NCBI GenBank assembly: GCA_002269645.1
Contig: NIVC01000089.1
Coordinates: 682,001-746,000, forward strand
Origin: Macrostomum lignano
Taxonomy: Eukaryota
Length of the DNA: 64,000 nucleotides
Reading direction: 5' to 3'
Made by a program: the position numbers and the translations under genes. How positions within the stretch are numbered: the stretch's first letter is position 1; every line of letters begins with the position of its first letter. Shown one piece after another: positions 51,551 to 63,302 of this stretch. The notes beneath the pieces were generated by a model, which saw nothing but the letters and a program-made list of their open reading frames with translations, had not been told where the DNA came from and ran no database searches.

Positions 51551-52341
51551 AAGTAGTAGTATTAGTAATAGTAGTAGTAGTAGTAGTATATTCCACTTGT
51601 AATACTAATGATAACTACACATTCCTACTACTTGTAGTGGTAGCTAGTATTAATAATATTATTAATTGCTCCACTGCCCAGGACTCCAGCCAGCCCGGCC
51701 GGCCAATCCAGCTGCGCGCTCTCCAGCAGTGCCTGGAGAAGCTGCGGCTCAGCGCCCGTCGGCTGCCTCGCCGAATCGCCGCCTCGTCGGCCGCCCGGGA
51801 CGCCGTGGCCAGCGTCCACCTGCCGCGGCTCGGCCACGGCCTGAGCGCCGGCCTGGGCTGGTACGGCGTGGAGCGCAACCTGCAGAAGCTGCTGGCCAGG
51901 CGCGGCGTGCCGGCCTTCGTGTACTATTTTCCTAGAAAGCGGCGCCAGCAGCGGCGGCCGGAGATCAACGACGAATCGGCCGAGGAGCCCGAAGCTGAGG
52001 AGGCGGCGGCCGCACCGGAGCCGAAGCGACCGCGCCTCGCCTTGGCCGACATTTTCACCGGCTGCCGGGTTGGCCTGGCCGCCGACCTGCCGGAGGCGGA
52101 CGCCGACCAGCTGGCGCGCTACCTGCTTGCCTACGATGCCGACGTGCAGCTGACGGTGCCGGCCGGGGCGGCGGCGGCCGCGCCCCAGGGCCAGCTGGAC
52201 TTTCTGGTGACGCTCCTGGACTCTGGCGACGGCCGAGGGCCTGGCGGCGCGATTGCCGTCACCCCGGAGTGGGTGCACGCCTCCGTGGCGGCCGGGCGCT
52301 GCCTTCCGGCGGGGGATTTTTCTCCCAAAGCGGCTGCTTGA
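42861..52341 (+). CDS. CHD1L: CHD1L/ALC1 SNF2 remodeller with macro domain and C-terminal BRCT. Exons 42861-42945, 43903-44243, 45006-45119, 45210-45369, 45491-45649, 45966-46058, 46932-47102, 47338-47566, 48197-48362, 49355-49744, 49941-50506 (1-nt deletion at about 50200), 51682-52341
   Basis: [135 protein letters not shown]. All junctions are GT-AG. Confidence 0.95.
43038..43819. repeat. 32-bp minisatellite (about 24 units) in CHD1L intron 1, each unit carrying an ETS-type CCGGAAGTG
   Basis: gaccggaagtggaatgcttagcgggattcaat. Confidence 0.95.
44276..44878. repeat. 20-bp minisatellite, CHD1L intron 2
   Basis: ggatctggggtagttttgta. Confidence 0.95.
45688..45920. repeat. 29-bp minisatellite, CHD1L intron 5
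   Basis: gaccagagttgaccttagctggtttattt. Confidence 0.9.
46140..46858. repeat. 29-bp minisatellite, CHD1L intron 6
   Basis: cccagatcctcaggctgagcccctactgt. Confidence 0.95.
47670..48120. repeat. 40-bp minisatellite, CHD1L intron 8
   Basis: gctaggggcttggttgctatgcaattcattgtgggttgta. Confidence 0.9.
48505..49290. repeat. 17-bp minisatellite, CHD1L intron 9
   Basis: acagatcccaattgatc / acagatcgtaattgatc. Confidence 0.95.
50610..51290 (-). mobile_element. Tc1/mariner remnant in CHD1L intron 11
   Basis: ORF 50627-50986 contains [15 protein letters not shown] (Tc1 DD34E third motif); short inverted repeat ggccatagacaat at 50615 and 51272. Confidence 0.8.
51410..51588. repeat. (TAG)n microsatellite, CHD1L intron 11
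   Basis: Seen directly. Confidence 0.95.
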
Positions 52342-53124
52342 GACTCTTTATTTTTGAGCATTTTTCTACTAGCATAAATCTCAATTTACATTTCAATTTC
52401 AATGGGTACTATAAGTAGCACAGCGATGCCTTAAGTCCTTATTTTATTCAGGTCGTGAAGACTGCAGATCGAATCCGTCCGTCCATGAGTGATTTATACA
52501 GTACCGGTCGGTATGCACCTGGTTTTGTTGTGCTCTCTAAAATCCAACTTTATTTCCACTTAAATATTATGCATCCAACTTCCTTTAGCACTTATGGCAC
52601 TTTTAATCTAGCCTTCAAATAAACTTACAAATCGAATACTAGACACAAGTTTTCATATAATTATTTCTCACTGCAGCAGTCTCTGGGCAGTGCTAAAAAA
52701 TTGCTGAATATATTCGAATACTCGCAAGGTCTAATGCAGTTTATAATTTGCAATTAGAAATCTTCAGAAAAATTATAGCGCACGTGGTAAACAAAAACTC
52801 AAAAAGTACTCTTCAGTACACAAGGCATGCACCAAAGCTGGAATATGGTGTGCTGTAATTGAGCATTTTAAGTCTAGAATATAAGCTCTATGCATATTGC
52901 TGATTAACTTGAACAAAGACCACTTGGAATTCTCAGCGCCAGATTGCAACCGCGGCTAAAAATCAAATCAAATATCAACAATACAAAATGTCGAAACAAG
53001 CAAATTAGAAAGACATCTTCTAAAGTAGTCATAAAAATCTGTACTGTCAAATCATTAATGCATTAAAGTGACATCTAAAATCTTACATGTACATGCGAAA
53101 ATACTGACAGCTCCGCCTGACAGC

Positions 53125-53480
53125 TCTAGTCACCCACCCCACCTCAACCTCTTCAAACCCTCAGTCACCCACCTCCACCTCTCCAAACCCCTAGTCACCC
53201 ACCCCAACGCCTCTACAACCTCCAGTCACCCACCCCACCTCCGCCTTTCCAAGCTCCCAGTCACCCACCCCACCTCTCCAAACCCCTAGTCACCCACCCC
53301 ACCTCTCCAAACCCCTAGTCACCCACCCCAACGCCTCTCCAAGCCCTCAGTCACCCACCCCACCTCCGCCTCTCCAAGCCCTCAGCCACCCACCCCACCC
53401 CCGCCTCTCCAAGCCCTCAGTCACCCACCCAACTCCGCCTTTCCAAACCCCCAGTCACCCACCCACCCCCGCCTCTAAAC
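53125..53480. repeat. C-rich degenerate tandem repeat between the convergent CHD1L and TMEM116 3' ends
   Basis: cagtcacccaccccacctccgcctctccaagccct variants. Confidence 0.85.
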
Positions 53481-53561
53481 CCCGCAGTCCGCCTATATGC
53501 AGTATACGAGCTAAAATCAATACGGTCAATCATCGCCCGTCAGTCAATCAATACTGGCGGG

Positions 53562-55893
53562 CTAAGTAGAATAAGCGAATGTTTTATAAGATGCGTATCT
53601 GCTATTGTCGCCGCCAAAGCCAGCGGCTATTGACACTCGGCGCGGCAGCTGCTGCAGCAGGGAGCGCAGAAAGGCGCGCCTCTGCCAGCCGTAGACTACG
53701 GTGTTCAGCAGGCCCTGCAGCGGCGCCGTGGCCGCCTGAAGGATGTACAGCCAGAAGAACTTGTCGGCTGTCTCCTCCGACAGCACCAGACTCAGACTGC
53801 CCAGCACGAAGGTCGGGCCCCAGCTGACAAAGAAGACGCCAATGAAGAGGGCGACTCGGCGACGCATCTGACGCCTGGCGTCGGCCTGGGCGGCGGTCAG
53901 GCTGCCCAGTCGGCGGTCACGGAGGTCGCGGTGCCGCACGGCCAGCCAGTACAGGCCGCAGCAGCCCAGCAGGACGCAGAGCAGAGGGATGAGGAAGGCC
54001 AGCTTCAGCCACCTGTGGCAAAGGTTGCGGGTTTCGTGTTCTGCTGGGCCAGAGGTGTCGGACTCGATTCCTGGGTTTGACCGCATTCACTCATATCCAA
54101 GTTCAAGCTTTTATGCATCATTTTAGGCTAATGTGGGAGGCTGAGAGATGCCATAGATCAGTGAGAGATGCCATAGATCATTGAGATGCCATAGATTAGT
54201 GAGAGATGCCATAGATTAGTGAGAGATGCCACAGGTCAGTGAGAGATGCCACAGGTCAGTGAGAGATACCACAGGTTAGTGAGCGATGCCATAGATTAGT
54301 GAGATGCCATGGATTAGTGAGATGCAATGGATTAGTGAGATATGCCATAGATTAGTGAGAGATGCCATAGATTAGTGAGAGATGCCACAGATCAATGAGG
54401 ATGCCATAGATTAGTGAGAGATGCCACAGGTCAGTGAGAGATGCCACAGGTCAGTGAGAGATACCACAGGTTAGTGAGAGATGCCATAGATTAGTGAGAT
54501 GCAATGGATTAGTGAGATATGCCATAGATTAGTGAGAGATGCCATAGATTAGTGAGAGATGCCACAGATCAATGAGGATGCCATAGATTAGTGAGAGATG
54601 CCACAGGTCAGTGAGAGATGCCACAGGTCAGTGAGAGATACCACAGGTTAGTGAGAGATGCCATAGATTAGTGAGATGCCATGGATTAGTGAGAGATGCC
54701 ACAGATCAATGAGGATGCCATAGATTAAGATTAGTGTCTGCCTCTGTCTGCCTTTAACGCGCACCAACCGCGGCCATTGTAGCTCCAACTTGCTGGTTTA
54801 TCAAATCAAACAAACGAACTCACATTCGAGGCGACGCGCTGTCGGAGTCGGCCGGCCAGCAGGGATCCTGGTCGAACCGGAATATCGGCAGGCAGCTGCT
54901 GCAGATGATGCCGTCACCGCTGCCGCCTCCCGTGTGGGCGTGGCCGGCGCTGGACCAGTGCGCTGTGGCAGCGGCCAAGAGTCCGGCCTCCGCTAGCAGT
55001 GGTGCAGCCCAGGCCACTCCGATGGCCGCGAGTGCCTTCCAGTGGCCTTTGTCGCTGTCACAGCCGCCGCCTGACCCGCCGCTGCCGTCGCTATCGCTCA
55101 TGCCGCCGCCCGTGTCGCCTTCAAAGGCCATGCGCGAGGCGGTTCGCTGGCGCAGATACACCTGGGAGTGTCAGTTTGGGGGCCGGTTTAGACTTTAGAG
55201 GATTCTCTGGACCAGTTTAGAGGAACCTCAGGACCGGTTTAGAGGATCTTTAGGACTGGTTTTAGAGGATCTTTAGGACTGGTTTTAGAGGATCTTTAGG
55301 ACTGGTTTTAGAGGATCTTTAGGACTGGTTTTAGAGGATCTTCAGGACTGGTTTTAGAGGATCTTCAGGACTGGTTTTAGAGGATCCTCAGGGCCGGTTT
55401 GAAGGATCTTTAGGGCCGAGTTTAGCAGATTTTTTGAGGAGATTTTAGACGCCATTTCCAATAGGGTATTTAAATAGGATTTGCCAAGGCGGCCCATTCC
55501 AAAAAGCAGCACCACAACGCAGACCTGATAGGCGTAGGCCAGCGTCAGGCCGAAGCTGCACACGAACAGTGCCGTGGTGGCCCCAGTCGCGTAGGCACAC
55601 AGCAGAGACGGCTGGCTGTCATTGTGGCCAGTCAGGTGCAGTCCGGCGCTGACAATCAAGCAGGTGGTGGCCAGCAGGTCAGCCATAGACAGGTGCACCA
55701 CCGGGTAAACCTCCGGGTGGCGCAGTCGGCCGCGCGCAATAGCGGCGCCAATTATAGCGGCGCAGGCCAGCACAGAGAGGGCGCCGAATCCGCAGTCCAG
55801 ATAGGAGAGCACGAGCAGCTGCTGCTCGGACAGGGAGCGATAGACTGTGCCGTTGATTGGCTGCGGAGGCGCCGGCTGGTGGCTTGTTGGCAT
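53562..55893 (-). CDS. TMEM116: TMEM116 (GPCR-like multi-pass protein); exons 55893-55525, 55161-54824, 54012-53562
   Basis: HPEVYPVVHLSMADLL resembles SPEIRPLFYLSFCDLL; FFVSWGP resembles FFCCWGP; LYILQAATAPLQGLLNTVVYGW resembles [22 protein letters not shown]. Phase-consistent GT-AG junctions. Confidence 0.82.
54145..54725. repeat. 18-20-bp minisatellite, TMEM116 intron 2
   Basis: gagagatgccatagattagt. Confidence 0.93.
55195..55400. repeat. 23-bp minisatellite, TMEM116 intron 1
   Basis: tttagaggatctttaggactggt. Confidence 0.9.
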
Positions 55894-55999
55894 TGTGCTG
55901 GCTCGCGCTGAGCATGGGACCTGTGGGTGGGTGCGTTGCTATGGCAACAATGCTTAAATCATACAGCCTACGCTTTTGACTAGCGATTACTAAGCCAAG

Positions 56000-56960
56000 A
56001 GAATCTCATGGGAGATTTTCGGGGTGGATACTGGAGAATCTCACGGGAGATTTTCGGGGGGATACTGGAGAATCTCACGGGAGACTTTAGGGGTGGATAC
56101 TGGAGAATCTCTCGGGAGATTTTCGGGGTGGATACTGGAGAATCTCATGGGAGATTTTAGGGGTGGATACTGGAGAATCTCACGGGAGATTTTCGGGGTG
56201 GATACTGGAGAATCTCACGGGAGATTTTCGGGGTGGATACTGGAGAATCTCACGGGAGATTTTCGGGGTGGATACTGGAGAATCTCACGGGAGATTTTGG
56301 GGGTGGATACTGGAGAATCTCACGGGATATTTTCGGGGTAGATACTGGAGAATCTCATGGGAGATTTTCGGGGTAGATACTGGAGAATCTCATGGGAGAT
56401 TTTCGGGGTAGATACTGGAGAATCTCACAGGTTTTCGGGGTAGATACTGCAGAATCTCACGGGAGATTTTCGGGGTGAATACTGGAGAATCTCACGGGAG
56501 ATTTTCAGGGTGGATACTGGAGAATCTCACGGGAGAATTTCAGGGTGGATACTGGAGAATCTCACGGGAGATTTTCAGGGTGGATACTGGAGAATCTCAC
56601 AGGTTTTCGGGGTGGATACTGGAGAATCTCACGGGAGAATTTCGGGGTGGATACTGGAGAATCTCACGGGAGATTTTCGGGGTGGATACTGGAGAATCTC
56701 ACGGGAGATTTTCGGGGTGGATACTGGAGAATCTCACGGGAGATTTTCAGGGTGGATACTGGAGAATCTCACGGGAGATTTTCGGGGTAGATACTGGAGA
56801 ATCTCACGGGAGATTTTCGGGGTGGATACTGGAGAATCTCACGGGAGATTTTGGGGGTGGATACTGGAGAATCTCACGGGAGATTTTCGGGGTGGATACT
56901 GGAGAATCTCACGGGAGATTTTCGGGGTGGATACTGGAGAATCTCACGAGTTTTCGGGGT
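56000..56960. repeat. 35-bp hairpin-containing minisatellite (about 27 units) between TMEM116 and NSUN5
   Basis: gatactggagAATCTCacggGAGATTttcggggtg. Confidence 0.95.
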
Positions 56961-57369
56961 AGTGAAGAATCTTATTAGGAACTTTATAAGTTCTAGCAGG
57001 TTCACAACCACTAGGGCCATCATTGGCCACGATAGTGTACATGACTTGGACATTATTCATACATGAATTCTGAGACATTAACTAATGTAAGTGCGCCGTA
57101 TTAAAGAAGAATCAAAACAATATTTTGTCACAGCGCTGCTCGATTGAACAGCCAAGTAAGCGGCAGTTGCCGGAGAAGTATGTATATTAATGCAATCAAA
57201 TATTAAATTGCTGGCATTGTCCACAACTCAGTCTACATACAATTTCATTCACTTTAAAACTCAAATAATGCTGCTCACTCTCTGAGCAATTGTATTGTCA
57301 GTGAAAGCTTCTATGTAAGAATTATCTGCTTCACTTCAGGATACTTCAGCATCCCAATTCCCTCCACAC

Positions 57370-60300
57370 TCAGCGCTTTCTGTTCCGCCGTCTCCCCGAA
57401 CTCTTCCGCATACCAAAGGCGGCAGTCCTGGCAGCCGCCCCGCTGCCGCCTGGGTCCCGCTTAAAGCAGGCCACAAAGAAGCCGCAGGTGCGGTCAGTGC
57501 CGGGCCCAGCCCGCAGGCACATGGGCCCGCAGTCGAATGCTGACAAGCCTCTGGTTGGCCAGCTGGACTTCATCAACCTGGCCAATCGCCAGCCTTTATC
57601 GGCGAACGAGTTGGCGAGCTCCTGAACTACGGCTTCGTTCTCTTCCGAGTGCACCGAGCAGGTTGAGTAGACAACTCGCCTGGCGCTGGGGTAGTCGGTC
57701 AGAGCTGAGCGAAGCACCATTGCCTGCACAGTGGAATAGCGAGCCCAATCCTTGAATCACTGTTTTTATATTTATTAAAAGCACAGTTTTTCTTACCTGG
57801 AAATTTGCCAGAGAAGCCAGGCGCTGCTGCTCTTTGGCTGCCGCCGATTCGGCATCCGAGGCACCGGCGCCGGCGCCCCCGTCAAGCGCTTGGCGCTCAA
57901 CGCTGCGAGCGGTCAGACCGGAACCGGAACAGCTCGGATCCACCTGGTAATTTTTTTAGTAAAATGTTTTTCAGAAACTGATTCAGTCAACTGATAGAAA
58001 CATAATAGTTCTGTTAGAGTGAGCTGTTAAAATACCTGCCTACTAAAGACAATAGAGCTAACTGTTAGCCGTGAAATCTATTAGACATGAGATCCAGCTG
58101 TTAGACATGAGATCCAGCTGTTAGACATGAGATCCAGCTGTTAAACATGAGATCCAGCTGTTAGACATGAGATCTAGATGTTAGACGTGAAATCCAGCTG
58201 TTAGACATGAGATCTAGCTGTTAGACATGAAATCCAGCTGTTAGACATGAGATCTAGCTGTTAGACATGAAATCCAGCTGTTAGACATGAGATCTAGCTG
58301 TTAGACATGAAATCCAGCTGTTAGACATGAGATCTAGCTGTTAGACGTGAAATCCAGCTGTTAAACATGAGATCTAGCTGTTAGACGTGAAATCCAGCTG
58401 TTAGACATGAGATCTAGCTGTTAGACATGAAATCCAGCTGTTAGACATGAGATCTAGCTGTTAGACATGAGATCTAGCTGTTAGACATGAGATCTAGCTG
58501 TTAGACATGAGATCTAGCTGTTAGACATGAAATCCAACTGTTAGACATGAAATCCAACTGTTAGACATGAGATCTAGCTGTTAGACATTAAATCCAGCTG
58601 TTAGACATTAAATCCAGCTGTTAGACATGAGATCTAGCTGTTAGACATGAGATCCAGCTGTTAGACATGAGATCTAGCTGTTAGACATGAAATCCAACTG
58701 TTAGACATGAAATCCAACTGTTAGACATGAGATCTAGCTGTTAGACATTAAATCCAGCTGTTAGACATTAAATCCAGCTGTTAGACATGAGATCTAGCTG
58801 TTAGACATGAGATCCAGCTGTTAGACAGGAGGGCAGCAGGTCAAACAGCCCCCAGCACGCACCAGAATGTGGGTGATTCGGTCTCTGCACCGCTGGCTCA
58901 GCCGGTCGCCCAGCTGCAGGCAGTCGCAGCGCAGGCACCGCACCCGATCGCCGGCTCCCATAGCAACCAGTCGGCGTCTCAATTCACCGAATCGTTGGGC
59001 GTCGCGATCGACGGCCAGAACCCGACCGGCCGGGCCGACCATAGCGGCCAGCTGGAGGGTTTTGTTGCCGGGCGCGGCGCAGGTGTCCAGCACCCAGGCG
59101 CCTGGCGGAGGCTGCAGGCAGACAGGCGGCAGGCAGCTGGCCTTGTCCACCAGGCAGAGGGCTCCACCGGTGACCAGCGGGTGAACAGCCAGGCGAGCGG
59201 AGTCAGCCTCAGGGAAGGTGAGCAGATCCGGGATGTGAGCATCGGCGGCCAGGTAGGTGCCGGGTCGCAGGCTGTCCACGTCGCCGCCTTCGGCGTCATC
59301 GATGGCGACAAAGCCGTCGGCAGACAGTCGGGCTCGAACTTCGGCCGGCTGCGCCAGCAGGCGGTTGATCCGAGCGTACCTGGGCATCTGATGTGGCTGG
59401 GTCTGGCTACTGTCAGTAGTATTCGAGTCCAGCCGGACCCCGCGAAGCCGCTCAGCAAGATGCGGATGAACACCTGTTGAGTTGGGGAGGCTTCGGCACT
59501 GCAGGACATTGCGCAAGGCTGAGCCTGGACCACTGGATCATGACCCACCCCAACTAGTCATGAGAATGATGACCCAATCTAGTCATGAGAATGATGACCC
59601 AATCTAGTCATGAGAATGATGACCCAATCTAGCCATGAGAATGATGACCCAATCTAGTCATGAGAATGATGACCCAATCTAGCCATGAGAATGACCCCAA
59701 CTAGTCACGAGAATGACCCAATCTAGTCATGAGAATGATGACCCAATCTAGCCATGAGAATGATGACCCAATCTAGTCATGAGAATGATGACCCAATCTA
59801 GCCATGAGAATGACCCCAACTAGTCACGAGAATGACCCAATCTAGTCATGAGAATGATGACCCAATCTAGCCATGAGAATGATGACCCAATTTATTCATA
59901 AGAATGATGACCCAATCTAGCCATGAGAATGATGACCCAATCTAGTCATAAGAATGATGACCCAATCTAGTCATAAGAATGATGCCCTAATCTAGTCATG
60001 AGAATGATGACCCAATCTAGCCATGAGAATGATGACCCAATCTAGTCATGAGAATGATGACCCAATCTAGTCATGAGAATGATGACCCAATCTAGTCATG
60101 AGAATGATGACCCAATCTAGCCATGAGAATGATGACCTAATCTAGTCACGAGAATGATGACCCAATCTAGTCATGAGAATGATGACCCAATCTAGCCATG
60201 AGAATGACCCCAACTAGTCACGAGAATGACCCAATCTAGTAATGAGAATGATGACCCAATCTAGTCATGAGAATGATGACCCAATCTAGCCATGAGAATG

Positions 60301-61514
60301 ATGACCCAATTTATTCATAAGAATGATGACCCAATCTAGCCATGAGAATGATGACCCAATCTAGTCATGAGAATGATGACCCAATCTAGTCATAAGAATG
60401 ATGACCCAATCTAGTCATGAGAATGATGACCCAATCTAGCCATGAGAATGATGACTTAATCTAGTCATGAGAATGATGACCCAATCTAGTCATGAGAATG
60501 ATGACCCAATCTAGCCATGAGAATGATGACTTAATCTAGTCATGAGAATGATGACCCAATCTAGTCATGAGAATGATGACCTAATCTAGTCATGAGAATG
60601 ATGACCCAATCTAGTCATGAGAATGATGACCCAATCTAGTCATGAGAATGATGACCCAATCTAGTCATGAGAATGATGACCCAATCTAGTCATGAGAATG
60701 ATGACCCAATCTAGTCATGAGAATGATGACCCAATCTAGTCATGAGAATGATGACCCAATCTAGTCATGAGAATGATGACCCAATCTAGTCATTAGAATG
60801 ATGACCTATTCTAGTCATGGGAATGATGACCCAATCTAGTCATGAGAATGATGACCTAATCTAGTCACGAGAATGACCCAATCGAGTCACGAGAATGACC
60901 CAATCGAGTCACGAGAACGACCCAATCCAGTCACGAGAATGACCCAATCTAGTCACGAGAATGACCCAATCTAGTCATGAGAATGACCCAATCTAGTCAT
61001 GAGAATGACCCAATCTAGTCACGAGAATGACCCAATCTAGTCATGAGAATGACCCAATCTAGTCACGAGAATGACCCAATCTAGTCATGAGAATGACCCA
61101 ATCTAGTCACGAGAATGACCCAATCTAGTCATGAGAATGACCCAATCTAGTCACGAGAAAATTCGCACCTGGGGGTCGATGCGAGGACGTCGCCGGCCGG
61201 AGCAGCAGGTCGCAGGCCTGGACCAGGCATTCAAAGCGGCTGGCAGGCAGACTGCCGTCGGCAACAACAGGCCGGCCAGTTGCAGCGTCCAGCACGCCAG
61301 CGTTGATCAGCGCGGACTCGAGCTGGTTCAGCGAGCGGAGGGCGCGGCAGACTAGCGCGCAGAGCATTCGGCGCCGGCTGTTGTTGGCGCCGGCAGTGCT
61401 CGGCGACCCGGTGGCGGCTTTGTAAAGCGCGGATTTCAAGCCGCTACGGCCGGTGGCAACCAGCTCGAGCAGGCGGCCGGCCTGGCGATAGTCCAGACGG
61501 CGCATGAATTTCAT
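57370..61514 (-). CDS. NSUN5: 28S rRNA m5C methyltransferase NSUN5; exons 61514 (or 61505)-61169, 59524-58863, 57943-57797, 57723-57370
   Basis: PRYARIN, DKASCLP, LDTCAAPGNKT, ILVDPSCSGSG, LANFQ, VVYSTCSVHSEENE, GFFVACF. Both catalytic cysteines are present and the frame is intact. Confidence 0.92.
58082..58826. repeat. 20-bp minisatellite, NSUN5 intron 2
   Basis: ttagacatgagatctagctg / ttagacatgaaatccagctg. Confidence 0.95.
59540..61158. repeat. 25/22-bp minisatellite filling nearly all of NSUN5 intron 1
   Basis: atgacccaatctagtcatgagaatg. Confidence 0.96.
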
Positions 61515-61594
61515 ATTCGAAAGTACGTAAGTTTGTACAGTAGTATTGCTAGAGGATTATGCATGCGAGTCAAGCAATCGGAACCGGTGTTTCT

Positions 61595-62170
61595 AGGTGA
61601 CCCGGTATGAGCAACAGGTGTGTGGGTTCTGGGTGACCCGGTATGAGCAACAGGTGTGTGGGTTCTGGGTGACCCGGTATGAGCAACAGGTGTGGGTTCT
61701 GGGTGACCCGGTATGAGCAACAGGTGTGTGGGTTCTTGGTGATCCGGTATGAGGAACAGGTGTGGGTTCTAGGTGACCCGGTATGAGCAACAGGTGTGGG
61801 TTCTGGGTGACCCGGTATTAGCAACAGGTGTGTGGGTTCTTGGTGACCCGGTATGAGGAACAGGTGTGGGTTCTAGGTGACCCGGTATGAGCAACAGATG
61901 TGTGTTCTGGGTGACCCGGTATGAGCAACAGGTGTGTGTTCTGGGTGACCCGGTATAAGCAACAGGTGTGGGTTCTGGGTGACCCGGTATGAGCAACAGG
62001 TGTGTTCTGGGTGACCCGGTATGAGCAACAGGTGTGGGTTCTGGGTGACCCGGTATGAGCAACAGGTGTGGGTTCTGGGTGACCCGGTATGAGCAACAGG
62101 TGTGTTCTGGGTGGCCCGGTATGAGCAACAGGTATGTGGGTTCTGGGTGACCCGGTATGAACAACAGGTG
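61595..62170. repeat. About 34-bp minisatellite just upstream of the NSUN5 ATG
   Basis: gggtgacccggtatgagcaacaggtgtgggttct. Confidence 0.93.
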
Positions 62171-62842
62171 TAAGTCAAGTGACCCAATGAAACTTAGCGA
62201 GCCAGTGAATTAATGACCAAGTCTCCAAACAAACGGTTATTTAAAAAGAAAAAAATATAATTTGTGCCAAGTATAAATATGTAATTAAAAATATGTAATT
62301 AATTAAAGCGAAAAAACTTAACAGAAAAAAATCACATTCGAAATGACCGCATGCGTTCGCGGAAGAAACTCTGCGTTTGAATAAACAGGCCACGCGGTTT
62401 AGAAAAACGAAAACGCATTCTGACTACTGTTAGTAGCAGAATATTTAGACGAAAAGCGTACAAGTTTGCCACAGACTCTGAAATGACTTCGATATAAATA
62501 AATAAACGGAATGTTTAAAACAGAAAAGGCGAAATAGTCTGTCAGCTGTCAGTGTGTTGGTGGAATTTTATCGATTAACTGAAATAGGAAAATCACAGGA
62601 AGTTCAACCAGCCGCAAGGATTGTAGAAGCACGCTAGTAAAAATAAATATTAATTGAAAAATATTAAACATGAAGACATTGTGTGGATTGGTTTGTTTTA
62701 GGCAAAAATTTTAGGTTTGTTTTTTAACTAATTAGGAAAAATGTACTCTGCAAAACTGAAGTTAGTGTATAAAAATTTAAGGTACATCAGTATGTTATGA
62801 AAGCAAAGCACACCTTGAGCAAAATGCTTTGTGCACCTGTCA

Positions 62843-63302
62843 GCACAGATACTAGAATAACTAAGATGGGCCACTCAGCACATTTGCGTGTAAGCTACTT
62901 TCAGTTCAGTAGTAAGTTAAACTGAAGCATTTTAATGTATTTTTAAAGCCAAGGCTGATTTATTGACTCCTACCCCCCCCCCGCTTACACCCTCGACCCG
63001 CGCCTTTCCACACTACCCCCCCCCGCGTCGCCCCAATTTTTATTGCCTTTCTCAGAATTCCAGCCTAAAGCTGCCATGTACATTTCAGTGGACTGGCCAA
63101 TGTACAATACTGCTGAACCAATTAGCAAGTTGTTTACGCCTGCAAGCTTGTTAGGCTTCTAAACTTATCAAAGTCATTTCAGCTGGCTTTACTTTTATAA
63201 AATAGCTTATGTATTCTTCTTTGCTACTGAACTGAAAGTAGAAAGCTGTTTTTCTAATGATAGACGCCTGAGTGGCCCATCTAGTTAATTTAGAATCTGT
63301 GC
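62843..63302. mobile_element. About 460-bp MITE-like element
   Basis: 62843-62878 and 62895-62912 are inverted relative to 63268-63302 and 63224-63241. Confidence 0.5.

Noticed and set aside
56000-56960. CRISPR-like array (35-bp palindromic repeat)
   Set aside because: Units are directly adjacent with no unique spacers; eukaryotic context; no cas genes. The same applies to all other arrays here.
56024-62187. ORFs over the 35-bp and 34-bp arrays
   Set aside because: Repeat translations.
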